64,000 nt of DNA from Octopus bimaculoides. Its lineage: Eukaryota. Positions 47,396 to 61,029 of this stretch are shown piece by piece. The stretch's first letter is position 1; every line of letters begins with the position of its first letter. Position numbers and translations under genes: made by a program. The stretch lies in contig NC_068984.1 in NCBI RefSeq assembly GCF_001194135.2, positions 99,095,251-99,159,250 of the forward strand, read 5' to 3'. The notes below the pieces were generated by a model. It did not search any database. It saw only the letters and a list, made by a program, of their open reading frames with translations, and was not told the DNA's origin.

Positions 47396-47460
47396 ACTGC
47401 AACTGCTGCTGCTGCTGCCGCTGCTGCTGCCGCCGCCGCCACCACCACCACAACCACCAC
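47304..47460. repeat. Compound trinucleotide array (CTA)n(CTG)n(CCG)n(CCA)n
   Basis: Read directly from the sequence. Confidence 0.95.
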
Positions 47461-47869
47461 AGTTTTATATCGATATTAAAATTCATCCTAATTTTTTACA
47501 GTGTTGTGCATTCTTTGTATTATTTTGCAAACCATCCAAACAACAAGAAGAATTTAATAATGGATAAAGCAGCAGGTGAATCACATGGAATTTGTAGAAT
47601 ACAAGTTAGCTGTTCTCTTTCTTTACCTGAAAACCATTGATATATCAGGCTTTTACATATAAACATTTAGTAATAAACAATTGCACCAATGATGACAGGT
47701 ACAAATGTAAATTTATAATATATATGGTTTGTAATATTTAAGCAACATTTGTATAAGTTTTGACTTCAAATCCTAGCAAGACCCTTTTTGCTTTTCATTC
47801 TTTTAAGTTTAGATTCTTCATAATTCAGACAAGTGCTTTGCAGTGATTACTTTGGCTTATAATATTTTG

Positions 47870-48425
47870 ACCAAATTCTGTTATGGTCAACATTGCCTTT
47901 CATCTTTCTAGGATTGATAAAATAAAGTACCAGTGAAGTACCAGGGTTCATATAATTGACCAATGTCCCCATCTCCCTCAGATTTGGTCTTGTGCCTATG
48001 TTAGAAATAATTTTTTAAAGGGTAACAGATTGGCAGGATCATTAAAGATTCAAATAAAATGCCTTATCATTAGCATACCTGATAAAATGCTTTGTGGAAT
48101 TTTGTCTGTTTCCATGATCTGAATTCAAATTCCACTGAGGTCAACTTAGCCTTTCATCCTTTCAGGGTTGATAAAATAAGTACCTGTTAAGCACTGGGGT
48201 CACTGCAACCGACTTATTACTTCATCTGAAATTGCAGGCTTTGTGCTACAATTTGAAATCAATATCTATTCTGGCATTTTAGGTTCTGAAATCAAATTCT
48301 GAAAAGGTCTACTTTACTTTTCGTTACCCTGAGTTTGATGAAATGCAGTACCAGTCAAGCACTGGAATCAAGGTTATTGACTAACCTCAAAACCTCTGGC
48401 CTTATGCCTAAACTAGAATCAATTA
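47870..48425 (+). mobile_element. Three head-to-tail Deu/Nin-like SINE remnants
   Basis: The core ggtcaac..gcctttcatc...gataaaata.gtacc occurs at about 47885 and 48140, with a more decayed copy at about 48310. Confidence 0.65.
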
Positions 48426-49039
48426 CTAGCATTGGTGCAATGTATGTATGTATGTATGTATGTATGCATGTATGTATGGATGGATGAATGGATGGATGGA
48501 TGGCTGTATATACGTATGTGTGGGTGTGTTGAACAAAATGTCTTCACCAGGGTATTGAGGAGTGTAAAATCACTTCTTCGTCACAATTGTTCCCTGCTCT
48601 ACCCTAACCCAGATAGTAGCATTCATCAGGGTCCCAGCTATGGGTTAACCAGCATATTTAATGACAATCCACCTGGGCACAGAGATGCAGAAATATCCTT
48701 AGCTGGTGTCAGGGCTCACTAAAATCACCAGGAAAGAGGGAGACCCCTAGCTGTTGTCACAGCATTCTTCTAGGAGAGGAACAATCTGATGTAAAATTTG
48801 AGGTTCCACATGATTACTGACCATCTCACTTCAGCCTGTCACCAGGTACTAATGGAGACTCAGAGAGAGGTATTCATACAGTACAAGGGTTTATCCCTAT
48901 AATCCAATGACATACTAGTGTTTCTTTATGGTGACCTTATTTGTTGTTCAGTCTACAGAAAGTCCCATAGTAATGGAAGAGTGGTGACATGTGCTGATCC
49001 TACCAGTTGGAAGTACACAATAAATTACAACTTTCATCT

Positions 49040-49190
49040 GTCATCCTTGCTTCAAGTCATGCAGATCTGCAATGGCACTGGACAGTCATCTGAGAAGTCA
49101 TGTATGGAAAGTCAGAAATGCTAATGACAGCAAGGAAGCAGAAGAAGATGGCAATCATCAGGGAATATGGAGCAATTACCATGGATGTAT
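49040..49190 (+). mobile_element. Possible LINE ORF2 C-terminal C2H2 zinc finger remnant
   Basis: PCFKSCRSAMALDSHLRSH resembles the CxxCxRxCxSxxGLxSHxRxH ending of RTE-type ORF2. Confidence 0.4.
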
Positions 49191-50744
49191 GCCTCAATGC
49201 ACATGTGTGTGTGTGTGTCTGTGTTTGTGTTTGTCTCCCACCACCACTTGGCAACCAGTGGTTTGGCAAAAGTACCAATAGAACAAGTACTTGGCTTAGA
49301 AAAGTAAAAAGTACTGGGGTTGATTTGTTCAACTAAACAACTTTAAGGTGATGCTCCAGTATGGCTGCAGTATAATGAGCTAAACGAGTAAAAAAATAAG
49401 TTTTGGTAAGAGGAAAGACTTAGTTGATAATTCCAAATGTTTACCTGTATTATTCAAACAAGAATTAGAATAGAACTAGGTGATGGTGATGACGATGGTG
49501 CATGTTGGAACAAAAACAATCAGCAAGAGCATATTATTATTATTTTATACCTGCATAATATTTGCAAGAACAGGATTATATTTCCAAGTGAAAGCTACAG
49601 TATTGTCAATAGAATATTATGTTTATCAACACCTGAATTCATTTCTTGCTATGGCGATAAATGTCCAACTGATCTTACAAAATTCCAAGAATTTCTCACA
49701 GGTGTGCAACAGTAAAATTTGGAAGGAATTTCGTTGTCTTTTTTGTTTTTAAATTATTGATTTTTTTCCCCTTTTCTTTTGTTATCTCCAATGAAACAGA
49801 AGCCATTCTTTGAAAGACAAATTAAATTTTTATTAGTTTTTTTTCTCTTTATTAAATTATCTTGATTTTTTTTTTTAGTTAGTTAACGTTTTTATATTTT
49901 AAATGAATAAATGAAAAAAATTCAAAAGTTAATTCATTAATTTTCTAATCCATGTGAACTGTTTAATGAGAATTGCAAAATTAAAGAATTAATGATTTTG
50001 CAAAATAAAAAAAAAGGAAAAGGAGAGAGAAGAAAAAAGAAATAAGGTACAAGGTTAAAATAAAATATAAAACATTACCATTACTTATAATGAAAGTTAA
50101 TAATGGTGATGATGATGATGATCATAATGTTGCTGCTGCTGCAACTCATGATGACAATGATGAGCATGAAATAAAGATGATGATGACGATGACAGTGACT
50201 ATGATGACAAGAGTTACGATAATGAAGGTTGATGACGACAATGATGATGATGATAACAATTATGCAGCAGCTGCAGCTGATGATGATGAGCATGAAATGA
50301 TGATCATGATCATGGTCATGATGACGATGACAATGATGACAAGAATTATGATAATGATGACAGTGGTAAATAATGGAAGTTGATGACAATACAGATGGTG
50401 ATGATGATGACAATGATGATTTGAAACAGTAACCAAATACTAAATATTCAATCTAATCCAATCATTCTGGAATTTTACAGATGAAATTTAGTCTGATGAC
50501 ATCAAATAACTCATTAAACTATCACAGTACTTTCATCAGCATCAGCATTAGAACTACCACCAATACCATCATCATCGACGTCACCACCACCGCTACAATC
50601 ACCACAACCATCACCAACATCACAATATCATCATCATCATCATCATCATCATTTCCATTATCATCATTAACAACAATAGCAAAGACAATATCATCATCAA
50701 CACCATCATTAGCATAATATTGGTTTCCAATTTTCACACAAAGC

Positions 50745-50940
50745 CAGCAATATCAGGGCACAGGGTAAGTTAATTACATTGATCCCCTGGTACTCAAATG
50801 ATACTTATTTTATTGACCCTGAAATGATGAAAGGCAAAGTTGACCTCAGCAGAATTTGAACTCAGAACATTGAAATGGACAAAAAGCCGCTAAGTATTTT
50901 GCCTGGTGTGCTAACGATTCTGCCAGCTCACCAACTTGGT
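50745..50940 (-). mobile_element. Deu/Nin-like SINE
   Basis: tacttattttattgaccctgaaatgatgaaaggcaaagttgacctcagcagaatttgaactcagaac...ctaacgattctgccagctcacc is the reverse complement of 28818-29030. Confidence 0.8.
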
Positions 50941-51024
50941 TATTAGCATAATACTGAATACCATATTCTTTAAGCTAATAATATATCTTCTGTAGTAGAA
51001 ATAGCAGCTAAATTATACTGAAAT

Positions 51025-51450
51025 ACTCTTTTACTCTTTACTCTTTTACTTGTTTCAGTCATTTGACAGTGGCCATGCTGGAGCACTGCCTTTTAGTCGA
51101 GCTAATTGACCCCAGGACTTATTCATTGTAAGCCTAGTACTTATTCTATCGGTCTCTTTTGCCGAACCGCTAAGTTACGGGGACGTAAACACACCAGCAT
51201 CGGTTGTCAAGCAATGTTGGGGGGACAAACACAAACACACAAACATATATACACATACACACATATATATATATATATACATATATACGATGGGTTTCTT
51301 TCAGTTTCTGTCTACCAAATCCACTCACAAGGCTTTGGTCGGCCAGAGGCTATAGTAGAAGACACTTGCCCAAGGTGCCACGCTGTGGGACTGAACCCAG
51401 AACCATGTGGTTCATATGCAAGCTACTTACCACACAGCCACTCCTACGCC
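51025..51450 (-). mobile_element. Composite SINE: (GT)n-tailed tRNA SINE joined to a Deu/Nin-type 3' segment
   Basis: 51288-51450 matches 10870-11012. 51025-51240 matches the reverse complement of 49230-49400. Confidence 0.7.
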
Positions 51451-52290
51451 TACCATCAATTTTTTTTTTAAAAGTGAAGCACACTTCAGCTCCTTTAATC
51501 TTAGGTATACTATGTTTGAAAAACATGCCACCACTGTCTTATTGAAACATTTTTAATTACAGAGACTAATTACTTAGACACACCATCCACACGAACAAAG
51601 GATAGTTAAGATAGAGATAAGATGTGTAATGTAGTGAACATGCTGTGAACATCACAGTACTATCATCAGCATCACCATTGGAACCACCACCACCAACACC
51701 ATCATCATCGACATCACCACCACTGCTACAATCACCACAGCCATCACAATACCATCATCATCATCAAGTAGCTGCAAACTGAAGTTCTTACTCACTCAAC
51801 CATGCTTGTGCCTTTGTATAATATTGTACATGAAGTGGCATGAAAAATTAGCTTAATTAGAAGACATAAATCCCAAGTACTCAGAGACACCATGTGCATG
51901 TAAAGTAATAGTTAAGCAAGTGCAAACATCTGTAAAATAATGAGCAACAAATTATTAAAATAGTGATCGGTCATTGAACTAATGTTGTCTTTTTCTCACC
52001 TCACAATCATTTTTAATTAGTTTTTGGATGCTCAAAACAATCAATGTGTTAACATTAAATCTTTGATCATAAATCTTCTTGATTAAGGCTGACCTGATGC
52101 TAATCGACCACATCAACAACATCAGCATCATCACGAGCCACTCATATAGCCATACTGCATACAGCTGTATTCAGTTATGAAGTGAGAGCATAGAATAGCA
52201 ATAACATTCCTGAAATAATAATAATGATAATGATGATGATGATGATGAATATGATGGTGGTGGTGGTGGTGATGATGATGATGATGATTA

Positions 52291-52331
<41 letters not shown>

Positions 52332-53096
52332 ATTCTGCTTGCAATTGTGTTACTTAGCCTGTTGGTAGCACTTTCATGTGATTAGAGAAGAAGAGGGAGA
52401 GAAAAAGAGGGAAGGAGAAAAAGAGGGAGGGAGAAGCGTCCATGACATGAGGTAGGGGGAATGTAATATTTATTATGTGGTTAAAATAGTTAGTTGAAGG
52501 TAGAGGAGGAGAGTTTAAAATATAATTTTAGCAGAGGAGTGATGTTCTGATGGTGAAGTTAAAGAAAGGCACACAGAGAGGGGAGGGAGAGTAGGAAAGA
52601 AATGATAATGGTATTGGTGGTGGTGGTTGGTGATGGTGGTGATTGGATAGTGAAAAGTGTTCTCTTTTTTTATTGAACTAAGTTTTTTTATATCACCTAT
52701 CACTTAACGCATGCGCATAAGAGCAATTCCGTGAAATATTCATGCTTATTTACATGGCAGTTATATGGTGCAATTTAACTAAAGGATGTATCATATGTAC
52801 AGGATTTTTTTTTGTTTATGGGAAAATTTGAAAATAAGAATGAATATTTATTTTATGAGTGCTGTGTATTAAGCTTATAAAATTGTGGATAAAGTATATA
52901 AAGTGTATATATAAAGTGCATTAAGTAATCATTGCATTCCAGTTTCTTTCCTTTTTTTAATGAGTAGCAGATGAGTGACTATTTTACCATACAGACACAA
53001 CACAAGCTATGCTTTCAGGTATTTTGGATAAAGTTTTTCAGAAATAATCCAATAGGTTTACCATTAATTCTGTGAAATATTCATGGGTCCTGCTAG

Positions 53097-53148
<52 letters not shown>

Positions 53149-53449
53149 GAGAGAGCAATGCATGCCATCAAAATGACACTGGAGTACAAAAAATATGAAG
53201 CCCAATATACACATCATAACTACCTGTCTGATAATGGTACACCAGTCATATGCATCACAACCATATATACACATATACACATCATAACTACCTGTCTGAT
53301 AATGGTACACCAGTCATATGCATCACAACCATATATGTGTGACATGGGGGTCTCATATCAAAATAAACAATGCATGACCTTGCAGGTGGGGCCCAGTAAG
53401 AATTTTCTTCAGGTCGAGTAGCTCGTCCTGCTTTATCATTATTATTTTT

Positions 53450-53638
53450 AATGTGGTGAGCCGGCATAATCGTTAGCATGCTGGGCAAAATACTTAGCCG
53501 TATTTCGTCCATCTTTACATTCTGAGTTCAAATTCCGTCAAGGTCAACTTTGCTTCTCATCCTTTCAAGGTCGATAAATTAAGTACCAGTTATGCTCTGG
53601 GTACTTAAATTTCAGGTCTTGTGCCTATAGTAGGAAGG

Positions 53639-53670
<32 letters not shown>
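53450..53670 (+). mobile_element. Deu/Nin-like SINE with (TTA)n tail
   Basis: gtggtgagccggcataatcgttagc...gttcaaattcc...cctttcaaggtcgataaattaagtacca...gaaggattattatt. Confidence 0.8.
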
Positions 53671-53671
<1 letters not shown>

Positions 53672-54235
53672 TGCTGCAGAATTCATCAGATGTATTTTGA
53701 ACATGCTGTGTAAGTATGGTCTTGAAAGGACATTGAAATAATATGAGCATAAACCAAAAGGTGTCATCAAGGATGAGTGTTAGCTCTTATGGGATTTTAT
53801 AATGCAATGTGATTCAGTGATTGATGCTCCAGACATTGTTGTCATTGATAAAATGAAGAAGGAAATCAAGATCATATTTGGGTATGTACGAGTGGCTGAT
53901 AAAGAAGTGGAAAAGATTGAGAAATACAAGCCACTAAAAAATGAGAGTGCACAAATATGGGCAATGAAAAAAGTAGCTGTCATCCCAGTAGTTGTAAGGG
54001 CATGGGGGAATTGACAACCAGGTTTGAGAAATTTGTCGGGGAAACTGAGATTGACATGATGGTAGAATATGCTCAAAAAACTGCTTTAGTGGGGACAGTG
54101 AGCATTTTGAGATTGGTACTTGGGTGTTAAGTATCATGGAAGAAGACTTTGCGAGATCATCCACTCTTACACAATTAGCTGGAGCAGTAAAATTGAGAGC
54201 TCTGAGAAGTGAAATGACAATAATAATAATAATGG
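53671..54235 (+). mobile_element. R4/Dong-like LINE 3' remnant with (AAT)n tail
   Basis: YEHKP..., WDF.MQCDSVIDAPDIVVIDK...EKIEKYKPLK...VIPVVVRAWG. Confidence 0.8.
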
Positions 54236-55789
54236 TTTCTGATTTAAGCACAAGAGAAATAATTTGAAGAGCAGGGTTAAAGTGATACCACTGATCTCAA
54301 TACATGGCTGATACTTTATTTTATAGGCTCTAGAGAGATGAAAGGCAATGTTGACTGTTACATAATTTGAACTCAGAACATAAAGAGTCAGAATGAATAT
54401 CACAACACTCCAATGTATCTGCCAACTTGTTACCTTTAAATAATTGTTTCTATAAGCACAAGGTCTGAAATTTAGGAGATGAGCAGTTAATTAAATCAAT
54501 GCTGGTACGTTGTTTTTATCTACCAGGAGAGATGAGAGACAAAGTTGACACTTGTAGAACTTGGACCAAGTAAAACAGGTCTCTAGAAACTTTTGTAGCA
54601 GCAGTCTCAGATTAGATCAATGTGAGACATTTTTTCCACAGACTAGAGGGATCACGCACATAACAAAATACAATAAAATGTATAATACATAATATAATTA
54701 CTATAGATGTAGTATATTTGCATTGTTCTCCAGAAAATCACTGTAAATCACTGGCAGATATGTTTTTTCCCCCAAAAATTGAAAATATCTCTGCTCACAT
54801 ATAGAACCGATAGCATCCTTATGCATTATCTGTAATAGAGTGTTTTAGCTGGGGTATATAATAGAATTTATTTATTTCACACAGAGAACGTATCCTTCAT
54901 GATATTGTCAGAAGTATATGGTAAAATTTTTGATTTGTCTACTTAAGAAATGAAAGTATTCACTTGTTAAACATAAAACTGAATGTTTAACTGACCAAAT
55001 GTAGTGACAACTGAAATAACTGTTGTTTACTACCACACAGAAAAATACTTTGACTAGACACGTGCTTCAAAGTGTACCAAATTTTTCGACTATATCAACA
55101 CGTGGTTTTTCAGCAAATACTTTTTTTCTTCTGGGATAATTTTCGATTGTGAAATCTTTCTCTAAAAAAGTTTTGAAAAAAATCCCTTGTGAATGAATGA
55201 ACACAAGTTAAGTAAGTACAGCTATTTGAAATATTGCTGATCCTAAGATCCCCAAATCTGTAAATCGTCTACATAAGTATCTCTCTCGCACCAACAAGGT
55301 AAGGTAATTTTTAGATGTCTCTAATTACATGTAAATTCTTCCTATTTCTCCCTCTCAAAAATCTCTATTTCATATTTCATAATTATTCTGCATATTATAT
55401 TTCATCTACCTAATATATCTTATTCATTTTATTTAGCTTATTTCATCCTATTTACTTATCTAATAGCTTAAACATTTAATCAAAAACTCTTGGAAAACAA
55501 ACAGAACAACTTAGAATATCTCTATTCCGTATTTTATTATTACTCTCTGTATTATATTTTAATCTACTATAAATATACATATATATTTTTTGTTTATCGT
55601 ATTTTATCCTATTTCTGCCTCTGATCTTTCCTCTTCCTCTTCCTCTTCTCTTTTTTTTTTTTGTTATATTTCTATATAGTAAACATTCTCTTCTCTCAAT
55701 TAGACTTTGTATTTGCTTTTTCTCTCTTTATCCCTTTCCTTTCTGTTATTTCTCTTTACTAAGTTAACATCCTTTCTTCTCAAATAATT

Positions 55790-58700
55790 GTATATTATGC
55801 ACACCAGCAGGCAAAGCTTTGTACAGAGCCAAATTGAGGCTGATAAAAGAAGAAAGATGCATTGAAACTGGCAATTTGAGGAAATTCGTCTTTTTGTACA
55901 AGTATAGAACTTGGCCGACAGATCACCAGCAAATGACCTAATAGCAGAATCCCTGGATAGATATAATTTCTACAGGTCTATGGCTCAGATTGAGCAGAAG
56001 AAACAGGAGTTCATATGCTCCTATGATCTTATAAAGCCTCATCTTGACTACCTGTAGGGCATTATGAGGGAAACAGGTTGCAAAGAGAACAATGAAGACC
56101 CTGTGTGCTCTGCTCAAACCCAGGAAGGTCAAATGGACGACACAAAGAAGACAAATGCCACCAGTACTACAAACGGTGCTGAAAGATGCAATGGCTGTAG
56201 TAAATGCAGTCAAAATAGTACCACACTAAAAGACAGAGATATGGAAACAGCCAAAGCAGCCAGGAAAAACGTGAACACTTACAAGTCCAAAACCCAAGGT
56301 TGAACCTATACAAAGAAACAGATTATCTGTAAATTTTACATGAATGGCACCTACTGGCATGGAGAAAAGGGAGCAAACTTCAAATTTGCCCATCCCAAAC
56401 GCTTTCAGATTAACAAGCAGGATAACCAACCATGACAAAAGAAACAGGAATGCAGAAAGGAGAAACCAAAAAACTCAGACCTACAAACCCATAATCCACC
56501 AACAAGAACCAACAGGTCTCACAAGGAAAGGAGTTCACACATACCCTCTGTTCCCCACAAAAGGCAATATGCAGAAACTGTGTGAACTGCAGCTACTGAA
56601 CAAACTTTTTTAAGCATGGCCCAGAAAATAGTGCAGTAACTAACATGGCCACAAAGGATGCAGGATCAAAGCCATACAAACCAATACTTGAGACCACCAC
56701 AGATGATGGATCCAGGACGGTCACCACTAACACCAGTAACTCCTGCACAGATATCACACCCATATTCCTACTGAATATCAGGGGCCTATTGTGTTAGGAT
56801 AGCAGAGACAAATTTCTCTACCTGAAAGACCTTACTGCATGCAATCAAGCAATATGCATGGGACTTACAGAAACGCATCTAAAATCTAATATAGCCGATG
56901 CGGAAATATATATACTAGAGTATGCTGTACTTCAAACAGACAGAAGAGATAGAAGACATGGAGGAGTTGCCATGTACATCCATGAAGATGTCATACCCAT
57001 AGTACTGTTGTCACATTCAAACTCAATCTGTGACACTTTAATAGTACACATAAAACAGTTGATTTAGTTGTATGCACAACGTACCATCCACCAAATACCT
57101 CAAAGCATGAGGGTAAATTTGAGGATAGTCTCAGATGCCTAGAGGAGGTTTTGACAAATCTGGACTAACAAATCAATATATTCCTCTTGGGTGACTTCAA
57201 CCTCCCAAATATCAAATGGCCTGAAGACCACATCCTCTCTGGGATGTCACTGCATGAACAAAACCAAGCAAAATCATTGCTGGAACTTTGTAGCATTCTG
57301 TTCATGGAACAAGTGATATTCCAACCAACCAGGGGAAGCAATATTTTGGATCTCTACTTCACAATGTGAACATTATCCACAATGTGAAGGTAACAACAAC
57401 ATTTTGGGATCATAACATTATAGAATTAGCAATGTATGGTTCTAGGCAAACTGTTGACATCCACCCGATCAGAAGGACTCAAGCCATATCCAACCTAAAT
57501 TTCCACAAAGCAAACTGGATGTAAATCTGCAAAGAGATCTACAATCACAACTGGCCCAATGCCCTATCTATACAAGACAATGACCTAAAAGTATGTCACT
57601 TTATGTCAACTGTGCAAAGTATATGCACCAAATATGTGCCAGAAAGAAAAGCCAGCATACATATAAAAAGAATCCCCAGAGACAGGAAAATCCTTATGAG
57701 ACACAGAACAAAAGGTCTCAAACCAATTGAAAAGAGAAGTGAAGGATAGTAAAAAGGCCAAATTAAGACAGACAGTGCTAGAAATTGAAAACAAAATTAA
57801 ACTCTCCCATGAAAAGGAAAGAGCAGAGAAGAAGAGTGCTATAGAAAGCATAAAACAAACCCCAAAGCTTTCTATAAATTTGCAAAGGATACCACCACAT
57901 TACAGTACAAAATAGGACCGCTGCTCCAATTAAATGGCTCACTGACTAGATCCCAGAAGGATAAGTAAAGTGCTCAGTGTACAATTTAAAAGTGTCTTCA
58001 CTTCTCCACTGAGTCACATGCAAATAAAAAAAAACAGCTGATTTCTTTGATTAGATAACCCTGCAGAAAAAGGTAGTAGTCATTACCTACATTGACACTG
58101 AAGAGGAAGATGTAATAGTGGCCATTGACGAAATGAGCTCAAACTCAGCAACCGGCCCCGATAGTTTCCCAGCTATTCTCTTAAAGTTATGTAAACAAGA
58201 ATTAGCGGGACCACTTTGGATACTCTTCCAGAGTTTCCTTGCAAGTGGTAAACTTCCCAAAAAGCTAAAAGAAGGCATCATATGCCCTATCCATAAAGGT
58301 GGAAGCAGAGCAGAGGCCAAAAACTACAGACCCATCTCTCTGATTTCACATATCAGCAAAGTCATGGAGCGAATAATCAGAAAGAAACTGATTACATTCC
58401 TAGAAGAAAATGACTTCCTGAACGATACTCAGCATGGCTTCTGTCCAGGCAGAAGCTGCCGCACACAACTCTTATGGCATTATGACTGGGCCCTGAAGCA
58501 GCTGTTCAACCATTCAAATGTTCATGTGATATATCTTGACTTTGCAAAGGCCTTCGACAAAGTTGATCATTGCATGATATGTCACAAGTTGTGAAACCTT
58601 GGTATAGCTGGTAAACCAGGAGAGTGGCTGCCTGACTTCCTAAACAATAGAAGTCAGACAGTTGCAGGCAATTGTGCACTCTCTAGGGAAACAAATTTCA

Positions 58701-59700
58701 AGCGGTGTCTCTCAGGGAACTGTCTTAGGGCCATTACTCTTTAAAGTAGCCCTCTTAGACATGTCTACAGTCACTCAGACAGCCACTGTCACTAGCTACG
58801 CTGATGATACAAAGCAATAAAGTATCCTAATGATGTTGTAAACCTGCAGAATGACCTAAATGCAATATATAAGTGGCCAGAGCAAAACAATATGCAATTT
58901 AATGCTGAAAAATTTCAAGCACTGTGCTATAAGATCACAAATGCTCCACAAATGGCATTTACAGGACCCGGAGGTACTGCAATCCCAGAGTCACAAACAG
59001 CGAGAGACCTGGGTATCAGTATGTGTAATGATGCATCATTTCACATGCACATTACCAAGTTGGCAGCAAAGTGCAGACAACTGGTGGGATGGATACTAAG
59101 AACATTCAGGACAGAGATCAAGAAGTCATGTTTACTCTATGAAGACCTTTGTCCTCAGCCGAGACTACTGCTCTCAGCTTTGATCACCACACAGTGTCAA
59201 GCTAACAACAGAGCTTGAAGCAATCTAGCATTACTACACTAAAAGATTGCTACAATCCAACAGATGAACTACAGGGAGAGGCTGAAAGAACTACAACTCT
59301 ACTCCCTAGAGCACAGACGTGAGAGATATGTAATAATTTACATGTGGAAAATACGGAAGGTCTAGTACCTAATTTCGGTATCAAGTGTTACATGAATGCT
59401 CATACTGGACACCACTGCATAGTATCGAAGGTTCCGTCCAATGCATCTAATATAAGAACCAGATACTGCAATGGCCTAGGGTTCAGAGGCCCATAGCTCT
59501 TCAATGCTCTGCCAAAACAATAGAGAAACTTACATGATATAGATGTGAAAGTCTTCAAAAAGAAACTGGACACTCTCCTATCCATTATATCAGATGAACC
59601 AATGGCTCGACATGAGGCACAGTTGAGGGTAGCAGTGTCAAATTCCCTCATACACCAGATGGGCCATCACCAATTTTGACAGGATCACCTAAACTGGAGG
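55790..59700 (+). pseudogene. Near full-length decayed CR1-group LINE (ORF1 with CCCH-like finger; ORF2 with APE endonuclease and RT)
   Basis: APE motifs LNIRGL, GLTETHL, GGVAMYI, GDFNLP and PTRGSNILDL. RT motifs GPDSFP, NYRPISLISHISKVME, QHGF..GRSC, YLDFAKAFDKVDH, SGVSQGTVLGPLLF and YADDT. Many stops and frameshifts. Confidence 0.92.
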
Positions 59701-59822
59701 AGAGAAACCACAGAAGGATTGTAGAGAGGGTACAAAAGTAAAGAGTGAAAAAGTCATAGTGGTGCTCCAGTATGACCACAGCCACCTGGTTAAAACACAT
59801 AAAGGAATAAAATAATAAAAGA

Positions 59823-59874
<52 letters not shown>

Positions 59875-60269
59875 CTCATATAACATGTACATTGTACAAA
59901 AATAACCTGCAAACATCCTGCAAATTCTGATAGTCAATAAAATAGAAATAAGTTTAAGAATTCTTTCTCTCTCTGTGGCCCATTACCAAATAATCCACAG
60001 CCTGGTACTGGTTGGTACCCCTGTGGTTGGGGGACCCCTGTTCTATAGAGTTCTATAGTGTCTGTACAGGAGTGTATAGTGTCTATTGTCTACATGTCAA
60101 CTGACTGTAGTGTATTCCTCTACATAGCAATATAGCATATAATAGCATTTCACACCTGAGGTGTCATGGAACCCTAAGGTTTGGGAAAAGGCTGCTTGGG
60201 GTTCATTGAGAAGTAGTGATAAATAAGTAAATGCATTTTGAGACATTTTCATGCTTAATTCTGTAGTTG

Positions 60270-60510
60270 TAGTAAGGCGGTAAGCTGGCAGAATCATTAG
60301 CACACTGGGAAAAATGCTTAGAGGCATTTTGTCCATCTTTATGATCTGAGTTCAAATTCCACCAAGGTTAACTTTATCTGTCATCCTTTTTTGGGGTGGG
60401 AGGGGGGGGGTCAATAAAATAGTCCCAGTTGAGCACTGGGGTCAATGTAATTGACTTGCCCTCTCCTCTGAAATTGCTGGCCTTGTACCAAAATTTGAAA
60501 TTAATTCCAT
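60270..60510 (+). mobile_element. Deu/Nin-like SINE
   Basis: aggcggtaagctggcagaatcattagc...gttcaaattcc...gcactggggtcaatgtaattgactt, as in 28818-29030. Confidence 0.8.
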
Positions 60511-61029
60511 CTTTGTAGAGTTTGACATGAACAGCATATCCTCTAAAATAGGGAAATCCTACATCCTGTATGTTGTAGGAGGATCTTATTGGAAAAATGA
60601 CCTTTTAATAAGGAATTGTAGGGAAATATGATCTAAATAAAGTGGTTAGGATAAAATTTCTTTAACATCCTTTATGGTGAGTAATTGTGTTTAGTACTGG
60701 CAAAACTTTCAAAGACAGTTTTATGATTTGTTTAGTCACTTAAGAAAATTAATTTTATTGAAAAGAAAGTGAAAAATTATGAAGATATATGGCTATATCA
60801 TATTAAAAGTTAAGCCATGTAAAGTTTAGTTGGTACTTTGATTGGTGACTGCTTGAGAAATCTAAGTGCTGAAAACATCTCATAATTTTTCAAGGTGGTT
60901 CCCCAGAGAGGCTGCAATCCAATGATTGAAACAAGTAAAAAATACAGACATTATAATTCTAATGAGATGTGAAATTTATTGGAAAGTTTCACACAAATAA
61001 AGAGAGTAAGAAATGCTGTCTTATACTGT

